A stretch of DNA of 64,000 nt from Candidatus Spongiisociaceae bacterium (GCA_965219685.1 CBDCOH010000002.1:1056001-1120000); one strand, 5' to 3'. Shown: positions 10,661 through 21,119, counted from the first letter of the stretch. Translations and numbers: made by a program. Notes: generated by a model not told the origin, from the letters alone.

Positions 10661-11614
10661 CTAACCGCGCGGACCGCTGGCGGCTCTTGCCACCAGGGCT
10701 TCCTTGACCTGCGCGCCGGCCTCCATGTCGGAGGATCTCACCACAATGGAGTCCACTCCCAACGCCACCAGCCGTTCGAAGCCGGCCGCCACTTCGGCCA
10801 GCGACCCTACCTGCATGTACGGCGACGCCCTTACCTGTTCAGGGGGCACGGCATGCGCGGCGGCGACTGAGTCGACCAGTCCGGACGACCGGTCGTCCAC
10901 CGCGACCCGGAACAGGAGCATGTCGATGGCCGCGCTCCGACGGCTCTCCCGCCGAGCGGTCCGGACCTTGCGTTCCACCTCCTCGAATGTGGCCGCGGCG
11001 TTCGTGGCCGGCATGTCGGCGCGCCGGCCGCTGGCGAGGGAGATTCCGATGGACACCACATCCGCCAGTTCGGCGGCCGCTCGGAGCAGCTTCGGGCCTC
11101 CCCCGCCCACGATGATGGGCGGGTGCGGTCTCTGTACCGTCCGGAACATCGGTTTGAGGCGGGCCCGGTACCACTCGCCTTGATGGTCGACCTCCTCGCC
11201 GGTCCAGCATGCCCTCACGAGCTCCACCGCCTCGCGGAGCCTGGAGATTCGAGCTCCAGGGCGGTCCATGTCGAGACCCACCGCGCGGTAGTCGGCGGGC
11301 CACCAGCCGGCGCCCATCCCCAACTCGACCCGACCCTCCGACAGGACATCCAACGCGGCGAAGTCTCGGGCTACCAACGCGGGGTGCCGGAGGTCGTTGG
11401 CCAGCATGTATGCGCCGACGCGGAGGGATGTGGAGGTCGCGACCGAGGCCAGAGTGGGAACAGGAGATATCACCTCGTTGAAGTGGTCTGCAACGTAGAA
11501 CGCATCGAATCCCAGAGCCTCGGCCCGCTTTGCGACCTTGACCACCGGTTCCGGCCCGATCGGGGGCGCGAAGAGAACTCCGAACTTGGGAACCCTCCCG
11601 TCCAGCGTGCTCAC
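10661..11614 (-). CDS. LLM-class F420-dependent oxidoreductase
   Basis: AEALGFD..VADHF, LRHPALVAR, LSEGRVELGMGAGW, PPIIVGGGG. Start moved to GTG 11614; the ORF-track extension looks spurious. Confidence 0.88.
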   Translation of the reverse strand: MSTLDGRVPKFGVLFAPPIGPEPVVKVAKRAEALGFDAFYVADHFNEVISPVPTLASVATSTSLRVGAYMLANDLRHPALVARDFAALDVLSEGRVELGMGAGWWPADYRAVGLDMDRPGARISRLREAVELVRACWTGEEVDHQGEWYRARLKPMFRTVQRPHPPIIVGGGGPKLLRAAAELADVVSIGISLASGRRADMPATNAAATFEEVERKVRTARRESRRSAAIDMLLFRVAVDDRSSGLVDSVAAAHAVPPEQVRASPYMQVGSLAEVAAGFERLVALGVDSIVVRSSDMEAGAQVKEALVARAASGPRG

Positions 11615-11864
11615 CACAGGTTCGATACAGCGTGTTGCGGCGGCTCCGCCGACCCGCACGGGGTCGGCCGCTCGACGCGTGTTTCCACCGTCTTCGTGGT
11701 AAGCCCGTGGACCTGGTCGACCTGCTCCAAGGCACGGAAGGTACCACGCCTCGCGAACCGCAGTCCCGTTCTCCGCCTGCCCGAGGAGGGTGCAGGGCCT
11801 CCCTTTGCGCCGATGCTCGCCCGGAGGGTCTCGCGGTCGGTGTCTTTCCACACGGGATCGAGGC

Positions 11865-13877
11865 TCAGCCCGTGACCTCGCTGAGTTCGCGCATCTCGCG
11901 TCGCAGTTCTGCTACCTCGTCCCTCAGGCGAGCCGCGTACTCGAAGCGGAGTTCCTTGGCAGCTTGGCGCATCTCGTCTTCCAGGCTCTGGATGAGGCGG
12001 CCCAGGTCCTCCCCGGCTAGTTCGACCGGGGCCCGGATCTCCGTGTCGTAGCGTCGCCTGTCGCGCTGGGCCGATCCGCCCGATGAGACCAACTCCAGGA
12101 TGTCGGACACCTTCTTGCGTATCGTCTGGGGATCGATCCCATGTTCCTCGTTGTAGCGCAGTTGCAGGTGGCGCCTCCGGTTGGTCTCGCCGATGGCTGA
12201 CCTCATCGAGTCGGTCACGTCGTCCGCGTACATGATGACCCGACCCGACACGTTGCGGGCTGCCCGGCCGATGATCTGGATCAGGCTGGTCTCCGAACGG
12301 AGGAATCCCTCCTTGTCGGCGTCGAGAATCGCCACCAGCGACACCTCCGGGAGATCGAGGCCCTCGCGGAGGAGGTTGATGCCCACCAGGACGTCGTAAT
12401 CGCCGAGGCGCAGATCCCGCAGCAACTGGATGCGTTCGAGCGTGTCGATCTCCGAGTGGAGGTAGCGGGCCCTCACGCCCATCTCCAGCAGGTAGTCGGT
12501 GAGATCCTCGGACATCTTCTTGGTGAGGGTCGTGACCAGGACCCGCTCGTTTGCCACCGCCTGGGCGCGGATCTCGTGCAGCAGGTCGTCGATCTGGCCC
12601 TTGGCGGGACGCACCATGACTTCGGGATCCACCAGACCGGTTGGTCGCACTATCTGCTCGACGATGTTGGCGGAGTGCCGGCGTTCGAAGGGGCCGGGGG
12701 TGGCGGACATGAAGACCACTTGGCCGGTCTTGTCCAGCCACTCGTCGAAGCGGAGCGGACGGTTGTCTACGGCCGATGGAAGCCGGAACCCGTGGTCCAC
12801 CAGCACGTCCTTGCGGCTGCGATCTCCCTCGTACTGGCCGTGTAGTTGCGGTATGGCGACGTGGCTCTCGTCGATGATCGTGATGAAGTCGTCCGGGAAG
12901 TAGTCGAGCAGCGTGTATGGCGCCTCGCCGGGGGCCCGGCCGTCTATGTGGCGGCTGTAGTTCTCGATCCCGGAGCAGAAGCCGACTTCCCGCATCATCT
13001 CCAGGTCGTAGGTGGTACGCATGCGGAGGCGCTGTGCCTCCAGGAGCTTCCCCTTGTGCTCGAGTTCGGACAGTCGTTCCGCCAGTTCCAGCTCGATTCC
13101 CACCATGGCCTTCTCCATACGCTCCCTCGTGGCGGCATAGTGGGTGGCGGGGTATACCCACAGTTCCTTCATCTGCTCGATGATCTCGCCGGTCAAGGGG
13201 TTCATGCGCACGATCCGTTCGACTTCGTCACCGAAGTACTCCACCCTGGCAACGGTCTCCTCGTAGGCTGGGAAGACCTCGAGCGTGTCACCCCTAACCC
13301 GGAACCGTCCCCGGACGAGGTTCACCTCGTTCCGCTCGTACTGGATGTCGACCAGCCTCCGGATGGCCTCGTGGAGGGGGTACTCCACCCCGGTCACCAG
13401 ACGCAGGACCTGTCCGGCGTACTCCTCGGGACTCCCCAACCCGTATATGCACGACACGCTGGCCACGATCACCACATCGTCCCGGAAGAGCAGCGACGAG
13501 GTGGCGGCGTGGCGGAGCCTGTCGATCTCGTCGTTGATGGTCGCATCCTTCTCGATATAGGTGTCGGTCTGCGGTATGTAGGCCTCGGGCTGGTAGTAGT
13601 CGTAGTAGGAGACGAAGTACTCGACCCGGTTCTCGGGGAAGAACTGGCGGAACTCGGAAGCCAACTGGGCGGCCAGGGCCTTGTTGGGGGCTATCACCAG
13701 CGCCGGTCTCTGGGCACCTTCGATTGCCCACGCGATGGTCGCCGACTTGCCCGATCCGGTTATGCCGAGAAGGGTCTGGAAGTCGTCTCCCCTTTCCACG
13801 CCTTCGACCAACGATGCGATGGCGGCGGGTTGGTCCCCCGCCGGCCGGAACTCGGAGTGGACGCGGAACTCGGCCAT
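11865..13877 (-). CDS. uvrB: Excinuclease ABC subunit B
   Basis: [30 protein letters not shown] beta-hairpin, DESH, GRAARN, C-terminal UVR coiled coil. Confidence 0.99.
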   Translation of the reverse strand: MAEFRVHSEFRPAGDQPAAIASLVEGVERGDDFQTLLGITGSGKSATIAWAIEGAQRPALVIAPNKALAAQLASEFRQFFPENRVEYFVSYYDYYQPEAYIPQTDTYIEKDATINDEIDRLRHAATSSLLFRDDVVIVASVSCIYGLGSPEEYAGQVLRLVTGVEYPLHEAIRRLVDIQYERNEVNLVRGRFRVRGDTLEVFPAYEETVARVEYFGDEVERIVRMNPLTGEIIEQMKELWVYPATHYAATRERMEKAMVGIELELAERLSELEHKGKLLEAQRLRMRTTYDLEMMREVGFCSGIENYSRHIDGRAPGEAPYTLLDYFPDDFITIIDESHVAIPQLHGQYEGDRSRKDVLVDHGFRLPSAVDNRPLRFDEWLDKTGQVVFMSATPGPFERRHSANIVEQIVRPTGLVDPEVMVRPAKGQIDDLLHEIRAQAVANERVLVTTLTKKMSEDLTDYLLEMGVRARYLHSEIDTLERIQLLRDLRLGDYDVLVGINLLREGLDLPEVSLVAILDADKEGFLRSETSLIQIIGRAARNVSGRVIMYADDVTDSMRSAIGETNRRRHLQLRYNEEHGIDPQTIRKKVSDILELVSSGGSAQRDRRRYDTEIRAPVELAGEDLGRLIQSLEDEMRQAAKELRFEYAARLRDEVAELRREMRELSEVTG

Positions 13878-13891
13878 GGCATGAGAGTAGT

Positions 13892-13993
13892 GAATGGTGA
13901 ATGGTGAATGGTGAATGGTGAATGGTGAATGGTGAATGGTGAATGGTGAATGGTGAATGGTGAATGGTGAATGGTGAATGGTGAATGGTGAAT
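13892..13993. repeat. Perfect heptamer tandem array (GAATGGT)14 + GAAT
   Basis: Counted directly; fills most of the coaE-uvrB spacer and ends 2 nt from the TACTCT hexamer (13884-13889). Confidence 0.98.
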
Positions 13994-13997
13994 TATG

Positions 13998-14014
13998 CTA
14001 GCAACTAGCAACTA
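13998..14014. repeat. (CTAGCAA)2+ heptamer overlapping the coaE stop codon
   Basis: ctagcaactagcaacta; near-identical to the tract at the trpA 3' end. Confidence 0.75.
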
Positions 14015-14579
14015 AACACGCGATCAGTCTATCTACTTCGGTGGCGAGAGAGGGCTTGGTGCCGCTGTTGTCGAGCACCAGGTCTGCTCGCGAGAGCCAC
14101 TCCTCCCGGCTCGGCTGGGCGGCCATGCGTGCGTCGATGTCTCGGTCCGACATGCCGCGGTGTCTGAGCCGGCGCCTCCTCGATTCGGCGGGAGCGTCCA
14201 CCGCGACCCGTACCCAACTCGGATCGGCCAGTTCCTTGAGAAGCGGGATCTGCACGGCCGCCGGACGTGCGCCCACTTCAGTGGCCCAGTGTTCGACGAG
14301 ACGGCGGATCGCGGGGTGGGTGAGAGCTTCGAGGTCCGCCAAGGCAGACGGATCATCGAAGACGATGCGTCCCAGCAAACCCCGGTCCACCCTGCCGTCG
14401 ACAACAGCCTCGGGCCAGCGCTCCGCTACTTGTGCCGCCACCGGATGTCCGGCTGCCAGGACTTCGTGTCCCAGGTGGTCGGTGTCCAAGACCGAGAACC
14501 CCCTCTCGGCCAGCATCCGGCCGACCTCAGACTTGCCCGAACCGATGCCGCCGATAATAACGACGCGCAGCGGTCTCAT
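13998..14579 (-). CDS. coaE: Dephospho-CoA kinase
   Basis: GGIGSGKS, VDRGLLGRIVF, LEALTHPAIR, RMAAQ; conserved rpsA-coaE-uvrB order. Confidence 0.96.
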   Translation of the reverse strand: MRPLRVVIIGGIGSGKSEVGRMLAERGFSVLDTDHLGHEVLAAGHPVAAQVAERWPEAVVDGRVDRGLLGRIVFDDPSALADLEALTHPAIRRLVEHWATEVGARPAAVQIPLLKELADPSWVRVAVDAPAESRRRRLRHRGMSDRDIDARMAAQPSREEWLSRADLVLDNSGTKPSLATEVDRLIACLVASC

Positions 14580-14640
14580 GAAAGCTCCCTAAGTCAGGCC
14601 TAGCAGCCGATGCACCGGACCTTCCGATGGCAAGCCGGTG

Positions 14641-16062
14641 TCAGCGCCGCCCGATTCCCCGTTCCTTGAGTTCCTGCAGGATGGCCTCGAGTGACGCATC
14701 CACGTCGAAACTGCGAGGTTCCTCCCGCTTGTCCGCCCGTTCGAATTCGGAGACGGTGGGTCGGCGACGTCTCGGTGGGCGGTGGCCCGCCTGACGGGCC
14801 GTGAACTCCGGCAGGGCCTGCTTGATGGAGAAACTCACCCGGCGTCTACCCTCGTCCATCTCGGTCAGCTTCACCCGTACGTTCTGGCCGATTGACAACT
14901 CCAACTCCGGGGACTCGACGCGGTGCATGGCGATTTCGGAGACGTGCACCAAGCCCTCCACCCCGTTGCCGACGGCCACGAATGCACCGAACGGGACCGT
15001 CTTTATCACCGTGCCCTCGATGATCGACCCGACCTCGTGCTCGGAACTGAACGCCTGCCACGGATCGGGGGTCGTCTGCTTGATGGACAGCGATATCCGT
15101 TCCCGGTTGCGGTCGATGTCGAGAACCCTTATCTCGACTTTCTGTCCGACCCGCACGACCTCGGAAGGGTGGTTCACATGTTGCCAACTGAGTTCGGACA
15201 CGTGTACCAGTCCGTCCATCCCGCCGAGGTCGACGAACGCGCCGAAGTTGACCACGGACGACACGACTCCGGTCCGTACCTCACCCTCCGTCAAGGCGTT
15301 GAGGAAGGCGCTCCGCTGTTCGGCCTGGGCTTCCTCGAGGTAGGCCCTTCGGGAGAGAACCACGTTGTTGCGGTTCCGGTCCAGTTCTATGACCTTGGCC
15401 TCTATCTCCTGTCCGACGAACGGCTCGAGATCGCGGACCCGGCGCAGGTCGACGAGCGAGGCAGGTAGGAATCCACGTAGCCCGATGTCAACAATGAGAC
15501 CACCTTTGACCACCTCGATCACGGTTCCCCGAACCGTGCCCCCTTGTTCCCGGACAGCTTCGATCTGGCCCCAGACGCGTTCGTAGAGTGCCCGTTTCTT
15601 GGAGAGGATCAACCGGCCCTGTTCATCTTCCTTCTCGAGGACCAGGACCTCGATCTGGTCTCCGATGGACACGATCTCGCCGGGCGCCACATTCTTACGG
15701 ATGGATAGTTCCTTCAGCGGTACCACGCCTTCGGACTTGTATCCGATGTCGACCAGGACTTCGTCCTGCTCGATGTTCACCACCGATCCCTCGATGATGT
15801 CGCCCTCTTTGAACTCAAGGACGGTTTCGGCGATAGCTGCTTCGAAGTCCTCCGGACCGAGGTCGTCGGGCAGCGAACTGACGCTACGGGCCTTGATCGC
15901 CGGTGGACCTAGACCGGGCTGTGTTCCTGGACTTATCGCTACTGCCAGAGACGGAGCGACCGAGGGTGGGTTCGGGTTGTTCTCAGCCTTCGGTTCCTGG
16001 GCGGGAACCGGCCGCGGAGGGACGCTTCCCGTTGATCTGGGCGGGTTTGTCGACGGTGACAT
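14641..16062 (-). CDS. rpsA: 30S ribosomal protein S1
   Basis: Four S1 repeats (VDIGYKSEG, GLRGFLPAS, FGAFVDLGGMDGLVHVSELSW, EGLVHVSE). Confidence 0.97.
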   Translation of the reverse strand: MSPSTNPPRSTGSVPPRPVPAQEPKAENNPNPPSVAPSLAVAISPGTQPGLGPPAIKARSVSSLPDDLGPEDFEAAIAETVLEFKEGDIIEGSVVNIEQDEVLVDIGYKSEGVVPLKELSIRKNVAPGEIVSIGDQIEVLVLEKEDEQGRLILSKKRALYERVWGQIEAVREQGGTVRGTVIEVVKGGLIVDIGLRGFLPASLVDLRRVRDLEPFVGQEIEAKVIELDRNRNNVVLSRRAYLEEAQAEQRSAFLNALTEGEVRTGVVSSVVNFGAFVDLGGMDGLVHVSELSWQHVNHPSEVVRVGQKVEIRVLDIDRNRERISLSIKQTTPDPWQAFSSEHEVGSIIEGTVIKTVPFGAFVAVGNGVEGLVHVSEIAMHRVESPELELSIGQNVRVKLTEMDEGRRRVSFSIKQALPEFTARQAGHRPPRRRRPTVSEFERADKREEPRSFDVDASLEAILQELKERGIGRR

Positions 16063-16285
16063 CTAGTGCTCTGCGCTACGGAGGGCCGGGGCTTCGGTAA
16101 TGCCGGACCTTTCGATGGATACTCGGGCCGGTTCAACGGCAATTTCAGATTCGAACATTAGTGGGTATGGACCTCCAGGCAGGAACGACCGCGCAGCTTT
16201 ACGCAAGGCCGGTGTCGGCAGGTTACCACCTTGGGCACGTCCTCTGCATCTCGTTTGAGAGCGGCGCTCCGAGTGATGCGCAGTT

Positions 16286-18955
16286 TCATCCTTTGACAGA
16301 AGCGAGATCGGACCCGATCGCAACCTCGACGGTAAGCGGTACGTCGAGTTCGACGACCCCTTCCATGACTCTTTTGACGAGCCGGGTGGTGTCTTCCACC
16401 GCCTCGTGCGCGGCCTCGAGAACCAACTCGTCGTGGATCTGGAGGAGCATCCTGGCCGCTCCCTCCGCAAGCCTGCGGTCTAGGTCGATCATCGCCATCT
16501 TGATCACGTCCGCAGCCGATCCCTGGACCGGAGCGTTGAGAGCCATCCGTTCCCCCATCTGGCGTATGCGGTAGTTGTCCGAGGAGAGCTCCGGGAGGTA
16601 GCGGCGCCGGCCGAACAGGGTGGTCGTGTAGCCGTCCCGCCGGGCCGCCCTGACTACCGACCGCAGGTAGTCGCGGACGGCGGGGAACTGGCGGAAGTAG
16701 GTGTCCATGTGCTCCCGGGCTTCCTCACGGCTGATCTTCAGGCGATCAGCCAGCCCGAACGCCTCCATCCCGTAGAGGAGGCCGAAGTTGATCGCCTTGG
16801 CGCGTCTCCTCAGATCGGGGGTAACACCGTCCGTGGGGAATCCGAACACCCGGGCGGCTGTCGCGGTGTGGATGTCCTCTCCTGCCGCGAAGGCCTCCAG
16901 CAGCCCAGGGTCCTTGGACAGGTGAGCAAGGATCCGCAACTCGATCTGCGAGTAGTCGGCCACGATGAAGTCGTAGCCCGGCGACGCGACGAAGGCCCGC
17001 CGCAAGGTACGCCCGGTTTCCGAACGCACCGGTATGTTCTGGAGGTTGGGACGGTCGGAGGACAGCCTTCCCGTTGCCGCACCCGTCTGGTTGAAGTGGG
17101 CATGGATACGTCCGTCCTGGCTGACGAGGGGCATGTATCCGTCGATGTAGGTACTGCGGAGCTTCTCGATCTCGCGGTAGCGGAGGAGGCGCGCGACGAT
17201 CGGGTGAGAACCCTCGAGCTTGGCCAGAACCGAGGCGTCGGTGCTCGGCGCGCCCTTGGGTGTTTTCTTGATCACGGGCAAGCCGAGCGTGCCGAACAAC
17301 ACTCGGCGCAACTGAAGCGTCGAGTTTATGTTGAAGGTCGCCCCGCCCAGATCGTGTATCTCTCTCTCGAGGGTCGCCAATTCTCCTCGTAGCCTCTCCC
17401 CCATCCCTTCGAGGTATTCCCGATCGACCTTGATGCCTGCCAATTCCATCCGGGCCAGCACAGGAACGAGCGGCAACTCCATCTCGTGGAACAGGTCGAC
17501 CTGGCCCCGTTCCGCGAGCTTGGCCTCCATGGCATGGCGTAATCGGCCGGTTGCGACCGCCCTGCTCCCCGCCGTCTCCAGGTCTGGACCGATCCCGAAG
17601 TCCAGCATTCCCTGACCGCTACCGGCCTCGGCGTCCTCATCGCTGAGGTCTACTCCCAGGTAGCGAGCCGCCAAGTCCTCCAGGGTGTCTGATCGGGCAG
17701 CGGGATCGATGATGTAGCCCGCCAGCATCGGATCGAACCGCAGACCCTCCAAGCGGAAGCCGAGCTGGAACAATTCACGGAACAGCTTCTTCGAGTCGTA
17801 GCAGGAGATGGCGATCTCCGGATCGGACAGAGCAGCCCTCAGGTGTTCGAGTTGAGTGATGGGCACGAAGAACACCTCGTCGACCGCCAGGCTTTCCGAA
17901 TCCGTGCCCGGCCGGTCTTCACCTGCGGGGTGCGCCTCGGGCGCGGTGAGCAAGCCGGCGAGGGTTGCTCCGTCGTGCACGGGCTCGATCACCAGGCCGG
18001 GAACGGCGCCGAGCTCGGCCACCCGCCCGGCCCTCTGGAGGACCTTCACATCCACGTCGATCGGGGTACCCGAAGGTTCGGACACCCCGTCCACCGTTTC
18101 GAGGAGCCGGGTCCAGAGCGTGGAGAACTCGAGGCGGTCGAAGACTTCCTTGGTGGTGTCGCGGTCCGGGACGGACAGGCGAACCTGCTGGTCGTCCAGA
18201 CCCAGATCCAAGCTGTCCACCAGCGCCATCAGGGTCCGGTTCATGAAGACCTGTTCCTTGTGGGAGGCCAGGTTCTGGCGCAGCCGCGGGGTGTGGCGGT
18301 CGATCTGCTCGAATATGCCCTCCAGATTCTCGTAGGTCGACACCAGACGGGCTGCAGTCTTCACGCCGACGCCTGGGACTCCGGGCAGGTTGTCCGAGGT
18401 GTCCCCCCGGAGGGAGGCATAGTCGAGATACTGGTCCGGCCGGACCCCGTACTTCTTCTCCACCCATGCCGGGTCGACGAGGACGGTGTCGCTGATCCCC
18501 CGCCTCGTGTACACCACCTTCACCTGCCGGGTCACCAACTGGAAGCTGTCGCGGTCGCCGGTGACCACCAGCACATCCCAGCCATCGGCCTCGGCCTGGC
18601 GAACCAGGCTGGCAATCACGTCGTCCGCCTCGTAGCCGGGGCTCTCGACTTGGGTGATCTGCATCGCGTCCAGGACTTCACGGATCAGCGGCAACTGGCT
18701 GCGGAAGCGGTCCGGCGTGGAGCGACGCTGGGCCTTGTATTCGGGGTACTGCTCGGTGCGGAAAGTCGTACGACCCACATCCCAGGCCACCACCATCCCT
18801 TCGGGGTCGTGGTCACCCAGCAGCTTGATGAGCATGGAGGTGAAGCCGAAGACAGCATTGGTCACCTGCCCCGACTTGGTGGCCAGATCGGGTGGAAGGG
18901 CGTAGAAGGCCCGGTAGGCCAGGCTATGCCCGTCAAGAAGCGCCAAAGTAGGCAT
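16286..18955 (-). CDS. polA: DNA polymerase I
   Basis: LLDGHSLAYRAF, GYEADD, GDTSDNLPGVPGVG, TGRLSS..PNLQNIP, DYSQIELR, KAINFG, QIHDEL. Start taken at ATG 18955, 6 nt downstream of TACGAT. Confidence 0.98.
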   Translation of the reverse strand: MPTLALLDGHSLAYRAFYALPPDLATKSGQVTNAVFGFTSMLIKLLGDHDPEGMVVAWDVGRTTFRTEQYPEYKAQRRSTPDRFRSQLPLIREVLDAMQITQVESPGYEADDVIASLVRQAEADGWDVLVVTGDRDSFQLVTRQVKVVYTRRGISDTVLVDPAWVEKKYGVRPDQYLDYASLRGDTSDNLPGVPGVGVKTAARLVSTYENLEGIFEQIDRHTPRLRQNLASHKEQVFMNRTLMALVDSLDLGLDDQQVRLSVPDRDTTKEVFDRLEFSTLWTRLLETVDGVSEPSGTPIDVDVKVLQRAGRVAELGAVPGLVIEPVHDGATLAGLLTAPEAHPAGEDRPGTDSESLAVDEVFFVPITQLEHLRAALSDPEIAISCYDSKKLFRELFQLGFRLEGLRFDPMLAGYIIDPAARSDTLEDLAARYLGVDLSDEDAEAGSGQGMLDFGIGPDLETAGSRAVATGRLRHAMEAKLAERGQVDLFHEMELPLVPVLARMELAGIKVDREYLEGMGERLRGELATLEREIHDLGGATFNINSTLQLRRVLFGTLGLPVIKKTPKGAPSTDASVLAKLEGSHPIVARLLRYREIEKLRSTYIDGYMPLVSQDGRIHAHFNQTGAATGRLSSDRPNLQNIPVRSETGRTLRRAFVASPGYDFIVADYSQIELRILAHLSKDPGLLEAFAAGEDIHTATAARVFGFPTDGVTPDLRRRAKAINFGLLYGMEAFGLADRLKISREEAREHMDTYFRQFPAVRDYLRSVVRAARRDGYTTTLFGRRRYLPELSSDNYRIRQMGERMALNAPVQGSAADVIKMAMIDLDRRLAEGAARMLLQIHDELVLEAAHEAVEDTTRLVKRVMEGVVELDVPLTVEVAIGSDLASVKG

Positions 18956-18970
18956 GGAGGAATCGTAGCC

Positions 18971-19008
18971 CGTGGCTGGTGGCTGGTGAGTTGATGGGCT
19001 GATGGCAG
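18971..19008. repeat. Degenerate heptamers (minus strand CCATCAG/CACCAGC type) upstream of the polA -10
   Basis: cgtggctggtggctggtgagttgatgggctgatggca seen directly. Confidence 0.55.
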
Positions 19009-19077
19009 TAAGCGAGGTATGAATAACCCATATTAACGAATATAGACGGTCACCGGCCACGGGCCGGGGCGCGTCGA

Positions 19078-19300
19078 CGTGAGCTCTCAAGGGTACGGAT
19101 CAACTTCTTGCCTCTGGCGGAGCCGCGTCAACCTCTCGAATGGGGATTGGTCGCGGCACATGAGCTGGCACACGTGCTCGGGGGCTGTTGGATCTGTATC
19201 TCTCCGACGACTCTCTGCGCGATCATCTCGAGCCGCCCCTGGACAAGAGGTGGGTGGCCAACCAGATCGGCTTGATGGGTCTTGGGCCGACTTGGGTCAG
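19078..19300 (+). pseudogene. Frameshifted zinc metalloprotease fragment (HExxH, M6-like)
   Basis: AAHELAHVLG is followed, across a G5 run at 19180-19184, by LLDLY...IGLMG in another frame; no plausible start. Confidence 0.5.
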
Positions 19301-19631
19301 AGCGTCTGAGTCGGCGGCTACGCCATCACAGTCCGTTCCTCCGACGATCACTCGGGAGCGGGTCAACGTCAGAGGGAGTGATCACATGGCCCACGCGCAT
19401 ACGATCCGCGAACCGGCCCAACAGCCACAACCCCACCTGGCTGCCACCACCCACCTCGACGCTCAACGCCGAGCTGCTGTTAGCCTTCACCGTACGGGTG
19501 CCCTCCTGACTGCGATCACGGACGAATACTCCACCGCCCATAATCGCAGGTCAGAAGGGCATTCGCGTGTCAAACCACCCACCCCACCACCAACCCCATG
19601 AAGAATTGAGGCTAGTAGGAGGAGTTGAGTT

Positions 19632-19880
19632 ATGACGAACGAGCGGGAGTTGCTGGACCGGATCACGGTGCGGCCGGAGGTGTTCTGCGGGAAGCCCATC
19701 ATCAGGGACATGCGTATCGCAGTGGAACACGTCCTGGCGATGCTCGCGGCCGGGGATACACCCGCAACGATCTTGCACGAGTACAAGTACCTCGAACCGG
19801 AAGACATCCAAGCCTGCCTGGTATTTGCCCACCGCTCCCTGGCCGGTGAGCAGGTACATGAGCGTTTGGCGGTCCGGTAG
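19632..19880 (+). CDS. DUF433 antitoxin (VapB45-like)
   Basis: RITVRPEVFCGKPIIRDMRIAVEHVL..EYKYLEPEDIQACL; AGGAG RBS. Confidence 0.92.
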   Translation: MTNERELLDRITVRPEVFCGKPIIRDMRIAVEHVLAMLAAGDTPATILHEYKYLEPEDIQACLVFAHRSLAGEQVHERLAVR

Positions 19881-19886
19881 CAGGCG

Positions 19887-20264
19887 ATGAAGTTTCTCCT
19901 CGACGTCTGCGCGTCTTCAGTAACCATGAGGGTCATGCTGATCGGCCTGGGTCACGATGTGTCATCGGTCGCAGAGTGGGACCCGAGAGCTTCTGATGCG
20001 GAAGTTCTGGCGATGGCGTTGGAAGAAGGGCGGATACTGATCACCGAAGATAAGGACTTTGGCGAGTTGGTGTTCGTACGAAGGCTGCCCTACTCGTGCA
20101 TCATCCGGTTCGTTGACATGCGGGTCGAGGAGAAGGTGTCAGCGATGGGAAGTCTTCTCGAGCACCAGGCTGATTCGATGCTTCCAGGAGTCTTGATAGT
20201 GGTGACTCGGAGTCGGGTGCGCGTGCGCCGTGGACGAGTTCGAGAGCGAGGTGGTGCTCGGTGA
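19887..20264 (+). CDS. DUF5615 PIN-like toxin (VapC45-like)
   Basis: MKFLLD, GHDV, SDAEVL, RILITEDKDFGEL. Confidence 0.92.
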   Translation: MKFLLDVCASSVTMRVMLIGLGHDVSSVAEWDPRASDAEVLAMALEEGRILITEDKDFGELVFVRRLPYSCIIRFVDMRVEEKVSAMGSLLEHQADSMLPGVLIVVTRSRVRVRRGRVRERGGAR

Positions 20265-20275
20265 AGCCTTGGTAC

Positions 20276-20575
20276 TGGAGTTGCCCCGGTTTTGTGGACA
20301 GTTTTCGGCTTGCGGTCTAGGTCGTGGGTTGGTGGCTCCTTTCGTAGTCGGCGGGTGAGTGGTATCCGATGGTGGAGTGCCGCCGGCGGGTGTTGTAGAA
20401 CCCTTCGATGAACTCGACGATGGCTAGGCGGGCTCGGGTTCGGTTCGGGAAGCGAACCCGGTGGAGGAGTTCGGTCTCGAGGGTGGCGAAGAACGACTCG
20501 GCAACTGCGTTGTCATAAGCGTTGGCTTTCCGTCCCATGGAGGGGATGATCCCGGCCTGGCGGCAGCGGGCGCCG
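20276..20575 (-). mobile_element. IS3-family remnant: right end plus transposase C-terminus
   Basis: Terminal TGGAGTTGCCCCGGTTTTGTGGACA (20276-20300); translation SMGRKANAYDNAVAESFFATLETE...FYNTRRRHSTIGYHSP. Confidence 0.88.
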
Positions 20576-20858
20576 AATGTCGCCGACGCGAATGTTGGGA
20601 CACCACCTGCGCGTAGGGTCACCGGGTAGTCACCGTCCAGCGCGGTCTTGCGATAGTCGAACGCTTTGGCCCGTGCTTCGGCCAGGCTTACATAGGGGTA
20701 GCGGCCTAAGCCGAGGTCGTGGCGTTTCCCGTTTACGGTTCCCGCCAGATCCAAGCATTCGATCCAGACGGCTGGACACGAAGGATCAGGCCGTGGGAGT
20801 CTCCGTACTTGCCTGGCTTGGTAACTGAACGCACCCATGCGGCTGTTCGTCTTGGCAC
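20576..20858 (-). pseudogene. P4-type tyrosine integrase N-terminal arm-binding domain remnant
   Basis: MPRRTAAWVRSVTKPGKYGDSHGLILRVQPSGSNAWIWR, then a frameshift, then GTVNGKRHDLGLGRYPYVSLAEARAKA...VPTFA; joined directly to IS3 sequence. Confidence 0.85.
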
Positions 20859-21033
20859 AATTCCGCCATTTCCGTCCCCCTTAGCCTCCCACATTGCGAT
20901 GGAACTACCAGAAACGGGCGGGAATAGCCAGCAACGGAGCGGCTCGCGTGTAACTGTGTACCCAGTTGAGGTGGGGGCTCAGAAATAGCCCTTTACCTGC
21001 GCTTATAGGGTGATCCGAAACGATTAGAAACTC

Positions 21034-21119
21034 GGTACCGGGAATGGGACTCGAACCCATACGCCCTTGCGGGCACCGGATTTTGAGTCCGGCGCGTCTA
21101 CCAATTCCGCCATCCCGGC
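21034..21119 (-). tRNA. tRNA-Leu (CAA)
   Basis: Reverse complement GCCGGGATGGCGGAATTGGTAGACGCGCCGGACT-CAA-AATCCGGTGCCCGCAAGGGCGTATGGGTTCGAGTCCCATTCCCGGTACC; long variable arm. Confidence 0.97.

Noticed and set aside
11620-11862. 240-bp spacer after uvrB with hairpins and an open frame
   Set aside because: No recognisable protein or RNA motif, and only weak terminal inverted similarity.
13878-14000. coaE and uvrB are in frame across the stop-free array (possible read-through fusion)
   Set aside because: One-in-three chance, no recoding signal seen, and uvrB has its own leaderless-type promoter.
13760-14011. ORF encoding (HHSPFTI)n
   Set aside because: It is simply the translation of a stop-free heptamer array, overlaps uvrB out of frame and has no RBS.
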